A stretch of 64,000 nucleotides of DNA from Octopus bimaculoides (taxonomy: Eukaryota), in contig NC_068982.1 in NCBI RefSeq assembly GCF_001194135.2, positions 103,058,952-103,122,951 of the forward strand, written 5' to 3'. Both the position numbers and the translations under genes were made by a program. The notes beneath the pieces were generated by a model. That model was not told the DNA's origin. It saw nothing but the letters and a program-made list of their open reading frames with translations, and ran no database searches. Below, piece by piece: positions 11,811 through 24,661 of this stretch. Position 1 is the stretch's first letter. Each line of letters opens with the position of its first letter.

Positions 11811-12713
11811 TGTAATAAAAGAAAAGTGAAGTAAAATTTCAAAATACTAGAACTCAGGAAATGATGTAAGACTGATATGTTAGGTAACATGATCTACAAA
11901 AGCACTATCCAATTCATGTCTGCATGGAAAAATAGATTTTAAAACAATGGTGATTTGGTCCAAATATGCAAGTGTCTGAATTTACAATTTCAGAATAAAG
12001 ATACAGGAAGATGGTGTATTTAAGCTTTCAGTTAGTTTCAAGCTAGTGTCAACAAACTAATAATAGAAGACATATTGCACAATGTGTATGCAAATTGAGA
12101 AATATTGCTGACCAATTGTTTGAAGTTAAACCAAAGCACTAGACTATTCAGGTTGTGGACTCTATAGTTTAAAAAAATAATAATGTATGTATTAGTCAGC
12201 ATAATTTTTTGTCCATCACAGAGCAAAGAGAAAATATTGGATATGTCAACATTAGTTGAAATATTACCTTCAGTGTCTTTTTTGTGTTATAAAAATAGAA
12301 TAGTGCTGACAATAGAGTTGTCAGAGCTTTCAGTTGAGGCCTTCACTCATTTCCAGTGTGTCAACTATCTAGATCAGGGATAAGGAACATATTTTAGTAC
12401 CAAGGGAGTACTGTAAGGGCTTGAGAATCTGTGAGAGCCTAATTGTACTGAGAAAAATAATAATGCTTTAATTTTACAAATTCAATGGCATGCAATTTAT
12501 ATTAAATTATTGTTTTTAGCTTTAACTGTTTTCTTGTATGAATTGCAAGTCAAATTTCATTTATGGATGAGTACTTCAACCCTATCTAGAATAATTAGGA
12601 AATTATTTTCACTTCATTGTAACTTGAAAATTGTTTGAACCTTATCAGTGTTAAATTTCAGTCTAACTTTTTTCGTCCAGCATAGAATCTAGGTATAAAT
12701 AGATTATTATTAT

Positions 12714-13250
12714 TAAGGTGGCAAGCTATCAGAATCATTACCTCGCTGGTCAAAATGCTTAGTGGCATTTCATCCGTCTTTATGTTCTGAGTTCAAATTC
12801 TGCCAAGGTCGACTTTGCCTTTCATCTTTTCAAGGTTGATGTAATTAACTCCCTTGAAATTACTGGCATTATGCCAATATTTGAAGCTATTAATATTATT
12901 ACTGTCATCATCATCATCATCATTATTTTGCCTTTCATTCTTTTAGGGTCTACTAAATAAGTACCATTTGAGCACTGGAGTCAGTGTAATCAACTTACCG
13001 CTCCCCTGAAATTTCAGGCCTTGTGCCTGTAGTAGAAAGGTGGCAGAATCATTAGCACACCAGGTGAAATACTTAGTGGTATTTCATCTGTCACTACATT
13101 CTGAGTTCAAATTCCACCAAAGTTGACTTTTCCTTTCATCCTTTCGAGGTCGATGAAATAAGTACCAGTTACACACTGGGGTCAATAGCCCTCTCCCCCC
13201 CCAAAAAAAATTTTCAAGGCCTAGAGTAGAAATGATTATTATTATTATTA
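12714..13250 (+). repeat. Three tandem family M SINE copies
   Basis: Same unit as 7500-9070, joined through ATT/ATC-rich tails. Confidence 0.8.
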
Positions 13251-13867
13251 TTATTGTTTATGTCTATACCCCTTCACCCAATTTGTTCCTCTCAAGCCTC
13301 CTTGACAACTCAAGTTTATAACACCTGTCCCTTCTTCACTCCTGTAAACTTAAATGAGCAAAGCTTCAGATCAAAGAAAAAGACCAAGGAAAAGATTTTA
13401 TGTGATTTTCTGTTTGCTGATGATTGCACTTTGATTTCTCTTACATTTGAGGGAATTCAGGAATAGCTGACAGGTTCACTACAGCAGCTTGTGCATTTGG
13501 GTTGACTATCAGCGTCAAGAAGACCGAAGTTTTATTCCAACCAAAGCCTGGGACAGAACATATTCAAGATTCAAATGTGATGATTGACAGTAAGCTATGC
13601 AAATAGGTCAGGTCATTTAAATATCTTGGAAGTACAGTAAACTTTAAGAGTACTCTTGATGACAAAATCAATGTTAAAATATCTAAAACTACAAGTGCTT
13701 TTGGAAAACTTTCCCATTGTTTGTGGGATAAACATGGTGTCAGTCTGAAAACTAAAATAAGTGTATACAAATCTTGTATTTTGAACACACTTTTGTATGG
13801 GGAAGAAGTATGGACTCCCTACTACAAGACTTATAAAAAAAAAACTTGAAACATTTCACATGTAAAA

Positions 13868-14513
13868 GGCGCAGGAATGGCTGTGTGGTAAAGTAGCTTG
13901 CTTACCAACCACATGGTTCCGGGTTCAGTCCCACTGCGTGGCATCTTGGGCAAGTGTCTTCTACTATAGCCCGGGCTGACCAAAGCCTTGTGAGTGGATT
14001 TGGTAGACGGAAACTGAAAGAAGCCCGTCGTATATATGTATATATATATAATATAATATAGGATAAAATCTTTATAAGAATTTATCAAGTAGTCAGCGTG
14101 AAAAAACCCATAAGGAAAAAAACCCATCGTTTTTTTCGTAAATATATATAATTTATATAAGGGCATTACTATATAATAATGCCTCATGCTTAGAGGGACT
14201 TAATAAGTCAAAAACTACCAAAAGTCCCTCTAAGCGTGAGGCATTATTATATAGTAATGCCCTTATATAAATTATGTATATATATATGTGTATGTGTGTG
14301 TTTGTGTGTCTGTGTTTGTCTCCCTAGCATTGCTTGACAACCAATGCTGGTGTGTTTATGTCCCCGTCACTTAGCGGTTCGGCAAAACGAGACCGATAGA
14401 ATAAGTACTAGGCTTACAAAGAATAAGTCCCGGGGTCGATTTGCTCGACTAAAGGTGGTGCTCCAGCATGGCCGCAGTCAAATGACTGAAACTAGTAAAA
14501 GAGAGTAAAGAGT
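13868..14513 (+). mobile_element. Full-length SINE family A containing a fold-back insertion
   Basis: GGCGCAGGAATGGCTGTGTGG head, GGTTCAGTCCC B box, CTTGGGCAAGTG CORE-like segment, AGTAAAAGAG tail. Confidence 0.9.
14060..14281. mobile_element. Unclassified fold-back element in the SINE internal (TA)n
   Basis: 60-bp arms 14142-14201 and 14222-14281 (2 mismatches), 20-nt loop, one-sided extension; absent from other family A copies here. Confidence 0.75.
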
Positions 14514-15699
14514 ATGTGCTATCTCTGCAATATCTGCAAATATAAAATAGCAAGATAAGGTATCAATTGTCAGAATTTTAGAAAAATGTGATATCTCCAG
14601 TATTAAAAGCATGCTGTTGAGAATTCAGTACAGATGAGTAGGACATGTTGTTTGAATGAAAGATGAAATTCTTTTGTATGGCCAGCAAACAGGGATATCA
14701 TGGTAGGATGACCTATCCTTAGGTATAAGATTAAGTTGAAGCAATCACTAAAATCTCTACAGCTTAATTTGACATCTTGGAAAAGTTATTGCCTAGAACA
14801 ATTTGCATGACATAAAATATGCCATGATGCATCTAAACAATTTGAGTTGAAGAAACAAAACAATAAAAGAATTATATCCTGCAATCAAAGGACACACTTG
14901 CCCAATCCCAGGCAAAATTAAAATCATCAGTAACCCCATTGTGACTCCATAGCAAAATCCATACGTGAACTCAAATTACATTCATACAGCCATCGCAAAT
15001 AGATGCAGCTTCTTTTATTTTCAATCCTCTTTTTTTCTTTTTCTTTTTTGTCTTTTAATCCTTTCCTTCAAACACTCATAGATCAAAATCAACAGGAGTG
15101 ACCATTATTATTAGTAGTAGTGCTATTATTATATTAGGGCAGTGCACTGGTGGAACTGTTTGTGTTGGAGAAAATACCTTGTGGCATTTGTTCTTGCTCT
15201 AGTTCTTTACACATCTCTTTCCTTCATACAAACTCAGCTATGGGAATGTATGTGTGTGTGTGTGTATGTACATAATTGATGAAGAAATATAAAAACAAGA
15301 CAAAAACTGGGTGTAGTTATTAAGTTAAAGCTCAAGCAATATAAACAGTCTTTGATGTTTTAAGTTAAACCGTTTTCACAAAGTAGAATGAGAGAAATCT
15401 ACCAACTCCCTCTCCTGTCTTAACTTCATCTTCTCCTATCCACACCCTTATAACAAATACTCCCTCATCCCTTATTAAATTCCTCTTCATTTGCCAGTTC
15501 TATTGCAGTGACTGTAATTTCAAGACAGTCTCAACACTTAGCCTATTTTATTCAGCTCACATACAGCCCAAGCCACCAGCACCTGTAAAGTTAGCTACAT
15601 CTCTACCCTCCCTATCTTGTTTTCCCATATTTGAATGAACAGAGACAATGGAGGGCTTCCTTTTGTATTTCAGGGTATAAAAGTAACCTCACTAGTGTT

Positions 15700-16870
15700 G
15701 GTGCTATGATGAAGTGCACCAAATACTCCATAAGGTAGTTGACAAATGAGGAGAGATATCATATTGTCTAGAGGACACTTCATTCTTGAGAAAACCAGTT
15801 ATATGAGACTCTGTGCTTGAGAAAACCTGTGATATGAGATTCTAAAAGCATATGGCTTACATCTATGCCCCTGCACCCAGTTTGTTCCTTTAAGCCTTCT
15901 TGATAACTCATGTTTATAATACCTGTCCCTTTTTCACTCCTGTAACTATGACACTATTTCGTCATCAGCTATAGTTATTTGAGAGCACGAGTGCACATTT
16001 TCTGTCCTCCCCCTTTCTTTTTTCTCCCAGTTATCCCTCTCTTTGGAACCACTCCCTTTGTCACACACATTCCACACTTCCAACATCATCCCATACCACT
16101 TTATTTCCACTGAAAGTCCCTTTCTCCTGAACACCTTCTCATATCTACCGTCAACACCTCCTTCATTTTGTCACTATAACCACCCTTATGTGCCTTTGGC
16201 CTCTTTTCCTGTCACTGTACATTTTTCTCTCTTCACGCTTCACATCACGTCTCTATTTCTCATGTATCTACACTTTTATTATACTGTAACATCTCCCTAA
16301 CCCACTCCTATTTTCCTTTACCTTTTCCAAAACTAAGATTCACAATTTTCACCTCCACCCATGTTCTTCATTCACTGCTTTCACTTTTATTCTCATTTTT
16401 GATCATCTCCTTTCACACTCTTGCAAACCTACCCACCCAACCTCCTTTGATTCCTTGTACCTTTTCTCTCTTTATCCACCTTCTCATACCTTGAAGGTAT
16501 TCCTTGATGCCTCATCTCCACCATCCTTTCTCTCCTGCTGAGGTAGCCATGTAGCTCTTCTGCAACAAGACACCTGTTCCTGTTCCTCCATCATATTTTA
16601 GACTCTCAACACCTGCCACAAAGCCACCGTCTCCAATACTACCCCTTCCCCAACTCTGTCAAGGGTCTTGTCTTGAAAGTTACTTGGTAACCTCATTGGT
16701 GTCGGTACCAGGGAAAATATACCAGTTATGTTCTATAAAGTTATTTGTGTTAGGAAAGGCATCCATTCATAAAAATCATGCCAAAGCAGACACTGCAGCT
16801 CCTTTGACTCATTGCATCCTACTAACCTATTTAGCATGGAATATGAACATTAAATGTGTGTGCATGTGTA
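15700..16870 (+). mobile_element. RTE LINE 3'UTR and tail, decayed
   Basis: C/T-rich tract similar to 970-1930 (CTGCAACAAGACAC shared), ending in AGGCATCC..AAATCATGCCAAAGCAGAC..ACATTAAATG. Confidence 0.6.
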
Positions 16871-17515
16871 TATGTACATTGCTAAATGTCAAGTGAATGA
16901 AAACAGGAGTGTTCAATACTTGCTGTAGAGGATATGGTATTTAATGAAACTCGAGTTAGTGAGACAACTCTCAGCTTCAGTTTCCATAAAAACACATATC
17001 TGCTGCATAAATGAGGGTGTATGTGCATATGTATATGTGTCTGCCACCAAAAAGCTCTGAATAGGTGCGTCCTAAAGAAAAACAGATTTGCTTTTCAAAA
17101 TCTGTGTCAAGGAGGTTTTTGATGATTAACAATCACAAAATATAATTTGCTACAAGAAATAACTCAACTTCCAGATTGCCAACATTGAATGTCTCTGGAA
17201 GCTGCCATTTTAAACTCGTGATTACCTGGATGTGTGTGTGTGTGTGTGTGATGTTTCTTATAACTGTCTTTCTATCTACCTCTCTCTGTCTATCTCTCTC
17301 TTTCTCTCTGTGTCTTTATACTTTTTCTCTCTCTATGTATATTTGCCACACTCTCACTTTGTATGTCTCTCGTGCATGCTGCATATCTTTTGATATGAGA
17401 TGTAATGCAAATCAATCATAGGAGACTTACATGTCTATGTGCCTTTCTCTGTCTATCTCTGTATTTTACACTTTTCTCACTGTAATCTTTCCCCTTCTAT
17501 CTATCTATCTATCTA

Positions 17516-17555
<40 letters not shown>

Positions 17556-17589
17556 TCTCNNNNNNNNNNATATATATATATATATATAT

Positions 17590-18757
17590 ATAAAATGTGG
17601 GTTTTTTTATACTTCTTTTATTTTTCAAAATTAAGAGAAACAAAGTTCTTTTTTAATCTAAAATATACTCTCCTTCATTTTCTACAATGCTCTTCCATCT
17701 ATGTGGTAGAAGTGCAAGGCACCTATTCCAAAATTCACTTGTCTGTGATGAAAAATACTTCTCCAGTATTGTTCTGACCTCGTCTACAGAATTCATATTT
17801 TTTCTGTCCAAATGATGTTGAAGACTGCAAAATAAATGATAATCAGATGGGACAGTGTCCAGCGAATACGGTGGGTGGGCATTGTTTCCCATTCAAACTA
17901 CTCCAGCCTTTGGAATATCATCCTCGTTGTGTGTTGCCAAACATTATTCTGATGGAAGAACACCTTTCGTCTTGAAACAGAAGATGGTCATTTTCTCTTC
18001 TAGCACTGACTTAAGCCACTCAAGCTGCTCGCAGTAGATCTCCTTTGTTATCATTTGGTTTGGGTTTAAAAGTTCAACGTGGACTAAACCTTTCATATCT
18101 CACCAAACAGATAACAACTTATGTGGGTAAAGACCTTCTTTAGCCTCAGGTGCCAGTGTTTCTCCTTTCCCTACCCACTGTCTTCAACGATTGACATATT
18201 TATAGAGAACCCATTTCTTGTCACCAGTCACTATTTGGTCCAAAAAAAGATTCATTCATGCAAAGAGCACACATTCACTCTCTGCATGCAATTAGACTCA
18301 GAAAGTTTGTGACAAACTCATTGACCCAATTTGCTGACTTTTCTGATGGCATGCAGGTGTTGATGAATGGTTGAATGACCAAATCCAAACTTCTCTGCTA
18401 GTTCCTCAATAGTTACAATGGGATTTTGTTCCACCAGGATTTGCAGGACGTCTTTGTTGAGCTCTACAGATCTTCCAGGATGAGGCTCATCTTCTAAGCT
18501 GTAGTTTCTGGCTCAGAATTTCTGGAACCACCTTTGACATTGGTTTACGCTTATTGTTTGATCCCCATATACTGCATTAATATTACTCGCACTTATCATT
18601 GCGTTGTTGCCTTTATTGAACTCATAAAGCAAAATATGCCGAATGTGCTCCTTTGTCACTTCCATTATAGCTTTGAAAAAATAACTGTTAAAATCGTACT
18701 GCACTCTTCAAAACTTGGACTATAAGCACAGGCGAGCCTCCATTGTACAGACTCAGA
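17590..18757 (-). mobile_element. Mariner transposon, transposase pseudogene
   Basis: MEVTKEHIRHILLYEFNKG...CQRWFQKF, VTGD, FHQNN, HPPYSLDTVPSDYHLF, RWKSIVENEGEYILD; stops and frameshifts; TIRs not resolved. Confidence 0.9.
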
Positions 18758-18764
18758 AGACTAT

Positions 18765-19138
18765 GTTCCATTTCAATTCAAACATCTTCAGTTTCCAGTG
18801 AGTCTTAGTATTGTCTAAAGCCATCAACAAATCACAAGGGCAAACATTTTTGGTTGTCAGTTTACACCGTGAAGAACACTGCTTCACCCATGGTCAGCTT
18901 TGCATTGCATGTTCAAGAGTAGGAAGTAAGAAAAATCTTTACATCTGTACACCAAATGGAAAAACAAAACATTTCGTTTATCAAAGCATTTATAAATTAC
19001 TCCAAATAATGCAGAAATCCATTCTGATCAAGAAAGCTATCTATCAGGAAAGACATGGTCAGACATGGAATAAAAAAAATTGAAAATAAAGGCATTTTAT
19101 TGTGAAAATTGCCCAGCAACGATGGGCTACTCAGCTAG
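18765..19138 (+). mobile_element. Helitron 3' end (helicase C-terminus, hairpin, CTAG)
   Basis: PFQFKHLQFPV / INKSQGQT / CFTHGQL.IACSRVG / GKTKHFVYQ; GCCCA-GCAACGA-TGGGC hairpin 19111-19127, then CTAG|T at 19135-19139. Confidence 0.9.
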
Positions 19139-19189
19139 TATATATATGTGTGTGTGTGTGTGTTCAAGCATTGGGCTTCACAGAGGCAA

Positions 19190-19410
19190 TGTGGCTGATG
19201 CCGGTGTCACATTATTGGCACCTGTACTGGTGGCACGGAAAGGCACCTGTTACACTCTCAGAGTGGTTGGCATTAAAAAGGGCATCCAGCTGTAGAAACC
19301 ATGCCAAATCAGACTGGAGTCTGGTGCAGCCTCTCTGCTTACCAGCCCTGGTCAAACCTTCCAATCCATACCAGTATGGACAGTGGACATTAAATGATGA
19401 TGATGATGAG
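19190..19410 (+). mobile_element. RTE-tail short repeat
   Basis: GTGGTTGGCATTAAAAAGGGCATCCAGCTGTAGAAACCATGCCAAATCAGAC...GGACATTAAATGATGATG. Confidence 0.8.
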
Positions 19411-20484
19411 ATATATATATATACCTACACATGTACACACACACACAACTCCTCATAGGCATCCATTTGCCATCATCCATATATTTTATTCAATGTGCAA
19501 AACGTTCTGTGATTAAGTTATTAGCATTTTACAGATTACATTTCTATGTGTTTTTATAAATGTCTCTACTGTGTATGTGTGTTTATGTAGCCATGTCTGT
19601 AGCATGTGTGTATTTCTATAGATTTCATTCCGATGTTTCTTAGTGTTTCTGTAACCATTTCGCATGTTTGTGTGAGTGTATTCTGAAGCTGTTTCCAGTG
19701 TATGTACATGTGTTTCATTAGCTGTCTCATTATTATGTATCTGTTTTCTTTGGTTGTGTGTCTAGTGTGTCTGAGTGTGTATTATTATGTATGTATTGCT
19801 AGTGATATCGGCTTGAGTGTGTGATATGCATACACACATACATATGCACAATCATAGGCACACTCACACACATGCATATGCTTTCTTGTATTCTTGTCGA
19901 CAGTTTATTGTAGCATCTGTGGTAAATATGAAGACATTTATCAATTTTCAATTATCAAATTCAATATTTTGTTTAAATTCTAATTAATCTGCAGGTTATT
20001 TGACTGTTTATTATCAACAGCCATAGTTTTTTGTTTATTTTTTCCCAGTCAAAATGGCTATACACTCCTTATTTAAAAGTTCAATATCTGAGTACATTTC
20101 AGCAAAAGTAATGTACAAATTAATTGTGAAAACAATATATATATATGTAACTAGTGATTTCATTGGCTGTTCATGCGACACAATAGCAACATTTGTTCAA
20201 TAATACCAGTGTAGTGTTAGTGCAGAAAGCAAACCCATGTAAGATGCTGTCTAGTTTGGGGTTGCACCATTTGAGATCCAATCTTAGTAGAACTAAATTG
20301 GAAATTTATCTTGTTTTTCTAAGTTCAATTTTAATCTCTTAATCTTTATTATACACTGTCCTACTACTGACTGTGCTTGTTGTTGTTTAACCCCATGTTG
20401 ACCTTGATCAGGCAGACATAATTAAAGCATGTCAGCCATGACAATGAGACTAGATGTGCAATGCCATACACATATATACTACAT

Positions 20485-20950
20485 GTAGGGGCCACAAGTA
20501 CTACAAGCTTTTCAACCTACGTAAAGTCAAGGTGAGCTACTCCTGCTAGCTGCCCCCTAGGAGGATCCTGCCTCTCAAGACCTGTAGTCTACAGAGTCAC
20601 ACTTACATCATCCAGTGACATCGCAGCATGACAGCCAATGATTTCAAGGGAAGGTACACACAGCACATGCATGCACTTAGATGCAGGGATAGAGAGAATT
20701 CCACTTCTTTGTCTCATTTCTACTGGAGGCTCCATGACCTCAAAAGGAAGCACCCATTATCAAATGAACCATCATCAACAGGGTGCCACTATATTCACCC
20801 ATTGCCCACAGCTGTCAGCTCTGTCTCTATGAAAGATTGCACATCCCCCATCAACCTACAATATCTATCAATAGGAAATATGAACTATCCTATTGCTGCC
20901 ACCAGAGATACACCCTACTGGTGAACTCTAAACCACTGGCTGCCAACAAC
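20485..20950 (+). mobile_element. Penelope-like element GIY-YIG endonuclease remnant
   Basis: HKYYKLFNLRKVKVSYSC, MTANDFKGRY.QH...STSLSHFYW.L, CQLCLYERLHI...INRKYELSYCCHQ. Confidence 0.8.
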
Positions 20951-21437
20951 CCAGATATGCCACCTTAACATTGGCTGCTCCAATGTTAATGATTATTGAA
21001 ATTATATATTATCAATATTGAAGAAAATGGAGAAAAGAATGAATATACCATGGTCTATTCATGAATATATAGAACCCATCACTTAGATACACTTACTATA
21101 TATAGCTTTTAACTTCTTAAACTCACTAATACTCTGAATGCATCAAAAGGAAAATGATAACCTAAGTTCCATAAACTCATAATTAAACCTGAAGAAATCC
21201 TACCTTTCTTAGCATTTAACTAAATGCTTAGAACTTCTGATCAATTAGGTGATAGGACTGAAACATATATGTAGGTTCTTTTTTTTTTTTTTTAGCTTTG
21301 CAGCTTGTAATCAATATATTTGTATTATTATGTTTTTTAAAAGAAATTTTCATAATTTTATAACATACAAATAAATTATTCATACATCCATTTTTTTCTC
21401 CATTTTCTTTTTCCTTCAATATTTATTATATATACAT

Positions 21438-21664
21438 GGTTGGCACTCCACAGACACGTGCAAGTGGCTGAGCACTCCACAGACACGTGTACCCTTAACG
21501 TAGTTCTCGGGGAGATTCAGCATGACAAGGCTGGCCCTTTGAAATACAGGTACAACAGAAACAGGAAGAAAGAGTGAGAGAAAGTTGTGGTGAAAGAGTA
21601 CAGCAGGGTTTGCCACCATCCCCTGCCGGAACCTTGTGGAGCTTTAGGTGTTTTCGCTCAATAA
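21438..21664 (-). mobile_element. SINE family K, rearranged tail, runs into gap
   Basis: High similarity to 5072-5456 with tail deletion/duplication. Confidence 0.85.
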
Positions 21665-22771
21665 NNNNNNNNNNNNNNNNNNNNNNNNNNNNNNNNNNNN
21701 NNNNNNNNNNNNNNNNNNNNNNNNNNNNNNNNNNNNNNNNNNNNNNNNNNNNNNNNNNNNNNNNNNNNNNNNNNNNNNNNNNNNNNNNNNNNNNNNNNNN
21801 NNNNNNNNNNNNNNNNNNNNNNNNNNNNNNNNNNNNNNNNNNNNNNNNNNNNNNNNNNNNNNNNNNNNNNNNNNNNNNNNNNNNNNNNNNNNNNNNNNNN
21901 NNNNNNNNAATGGATGGTACTATGAAATAAAGTATTGAATGTCTTATTGAATATATGGAATATGTCTTATTGAATAGATGAAATATTGAGTGTTCAATAT
22001 AAAGGATTAAATATATAAATATATAAAGGCGAATATTTTCTATACCTTGTGGTATTTCATATTTTCTATACTTTGTAGTATTTCATCATGGCCGGTATGA
22101 CAGACTTTAACAGACTGTAATAGGCTGGCTGGTTTTCTGTCTTTTATACCAATTCCTTTGGACACCAGCAGTAGGTGTTTGGCTATTTTTAGAATTGATG
22201 TCAAATCTATTTTTAGAAATGATGATATTTGAGAGTGTTTTGTGTTTGGGTTGTAGGGATATATATACACACACACATACTTACATATACATATACACAT
22301 ATATACATATGTATATGCACACACACACATACACACATTCTTGAATGTAATGTGTGCTTGTGTGTAGGTATATAAAACAGCTGTTTGAAGCTATGTTATA
22401 TGCTATGAACACAGTTATAATATTACTGACCAACAATAGCAACAAAATATTTTCAACACATAAAAGTGTCTTCTTAGTGTTGTATTGTTAGTAATAAATA
22501 GATATTATTTGAAAAGCAAGTCACACACCTTCTAACTCTATGACAAAGCATTTTCATTTTTGCTTCTGACAATGCTCATTAACTTAGTCCATCCAGAGCA
22601 GAACAGTTCACATTTCCTCCATGCCTGAATTTCACCAAAATTTCTCACCTGCAAGTAATGACCAGTTTTAATTCAATCTCCAAAATGTAGGTTTATGTCT
22701 TCAAATATGCGAGCATGTGTGTATTATAATGTAAGAATTGCATACACACACACACACACATTACATACACG

Positions 22772-22812
<41 letters not shown>

Positions 22813-23465
22813 ATGAATGTGAGTACAATTTTTCCTTTTAATTTCTTTTTAATTTTGTTTGTCAATTTTGGTTTTTGCTTTTGTTTAATTTTTTTTATTC
22901 ATCTTTTCATTTCTTTATTAATATATTTGCAAAATTGGAATATAATATAATTTAATTTTTATCACCTTTTCTAAAGCTGTTTGGTCTTTATTTTTGTTGC
23001 TAATTTAATGCTTTATAATAACACTATTCATTACAAAACAAAAATATCATAGTGAAGTAGATCTTCTGTGAGCATAACATGTTGTAACAGAGGAATGCTA
23101 GACCCCTCCCCTTCCACTTATAAAAATCCATTCTGTACACTGAGAATGGTGGCATGTAAAAATATGCCATTCATTTAAATTGTCTATTCAATATCATTGC
23201 TAAATCTATCAAAGTTTTCTATACAATTCAATAACTTTCTCCATACCATTCCTGATAAACTACTTTGTACCTATTCGGATATTTTCACCAAACAATAACT
23301 CCTTGCTTCAATGAGCAAAAGTGCTCAATTTCCAATGTTAGCATTCACTGTCTTGAGTGGCTGCCAATGAAATTGTTATTTCACATTGCCTAGTTTATAC
23401 CTGTATTTAATGGTAAAAGTGTGTATGTTTGAACAGTATACATCTGTGAACAACAAATCTCAGGT

Positions 23466-24460
23466 GCAGGCATGACAGTATGGTTAAAATGTTCACTTCC
23501 CAACTAACATTGTTTCACATTCAGTTCTACTATGTGGCTCCTTGAGTAAGTGTTGTCTACTATAGCCCCTATCCAACTTAAACTTTGTGAGTGGATTTGG
23601 TAGAGGAAACGTGGAAGAAGCCTATTTATGTGTGTGTGTAGTGGAGTATCTCCTTGTCTTGACATTCTATGATAGTTGTAAAGGGGCATAACTGTCATAC
23701 AAGTGGTGTCATCTGTTTCCAGTCTTCCATGGAAATATTTCTGACTATGAGGAAATATTACTTTACTTGGAAACAGGCAAAAATTGGCAACACAAAGGAC
23801 ATCCAGATAGCATATTCTGACAAACCCATGCAAAAAGGTATTAAAATGATGTTTGTAAGAAGCTTGCTTCCCAACTATATGTTTCTGGGTTCAGTCCCAC
23901 TGCGTGGCACCTTGGGTAAGTGTCTTCTACAGCCTCGGGCCAGCCAAAGCCTTGTGAGTGGATTTGGTAGATGGAAACTGAAAGAAGCCCATTGTTTTTA
24001 TATATGTATTTGTTTGTCTGTGTTTGTCGTTTCACCATCACTTGACAACCAATGTTGATGTGTTTACATCCCCGTAATGTAGCAGTTCGACAAAACCAAT
24101 AGAATAAGTGCTAGCCTTACAAAGAATAAGTCCTGGGGTCGACTTGTTCGACTAAAAGTGATGCTCCAGTATGGCTGCAGTCAAATGATTGAAACAAGTA
24201 AAAGAATAAAAGAATAGAGAATAAATGAATGGGAGATTGTGAGTAAATGATGCCACTTATATGATGGTAACACTCTTATACAAACATGACATGATGTCAA
24301 GATAGACACTCACATACAACAGACTTCTTTCAGTTTCCATCTACCAAATCCATTTACAGCACTTTGGTTGGCATAGGACTATAGTGGTGCGATGTTGTGA
24401 GACTGAACCCAAAGCTGTGTGGATGGGAAGTAAACTTCTCAACCACACAACTATGTCTGC
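23466..24460. repeat. Cluster of family A SINEs (23466-23815 +, 23851-24215 +, 24310-24460 -)
   Basis: Heads and tails match the family A consensus; the first has the alternative GGAAATATTAC..GGAAACAGG tail also seen at 33892-34190. Confidence 0.8.
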
Positions 24461-24593
24461 ACTGAGAGATACTGAAGAAAAATTGACCTGCCAATATATT
24501 GACTAACAACAAATCGAACTGGCAATGAATTTACAGATGATGAATTGACTTGTCAGTGAATTGATCAATGATGAATTGTCTTAGTACTGTATG

Positions 24594-24661
<68 letters not shown>

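Larger units (their letters stand above)
13345..14850 (+). mobile_element. RTE/BovB-like LINE RT fragment interrupted by a SINE
   Basis: CDFLFADDCTL, KKTEVLFQPKP, FKYLGS, SAFGKL before 13867; reading resumes after 14513 (ILEKCDISSIKSML...VGHVV). Confidence 0.8.

Noticed and set aside
14222-14281. Hammerhead in the second fold-back
   Set aside because: TGAG-GCATT..AATGC-C resembles helix II, but the CUGA and GAAA core residues are absent
23810-23830. Idea that in-frame TGA codons are recoded by A-to-I editing
   Set aside because: The underlying frame is SINE-derived, not a gene
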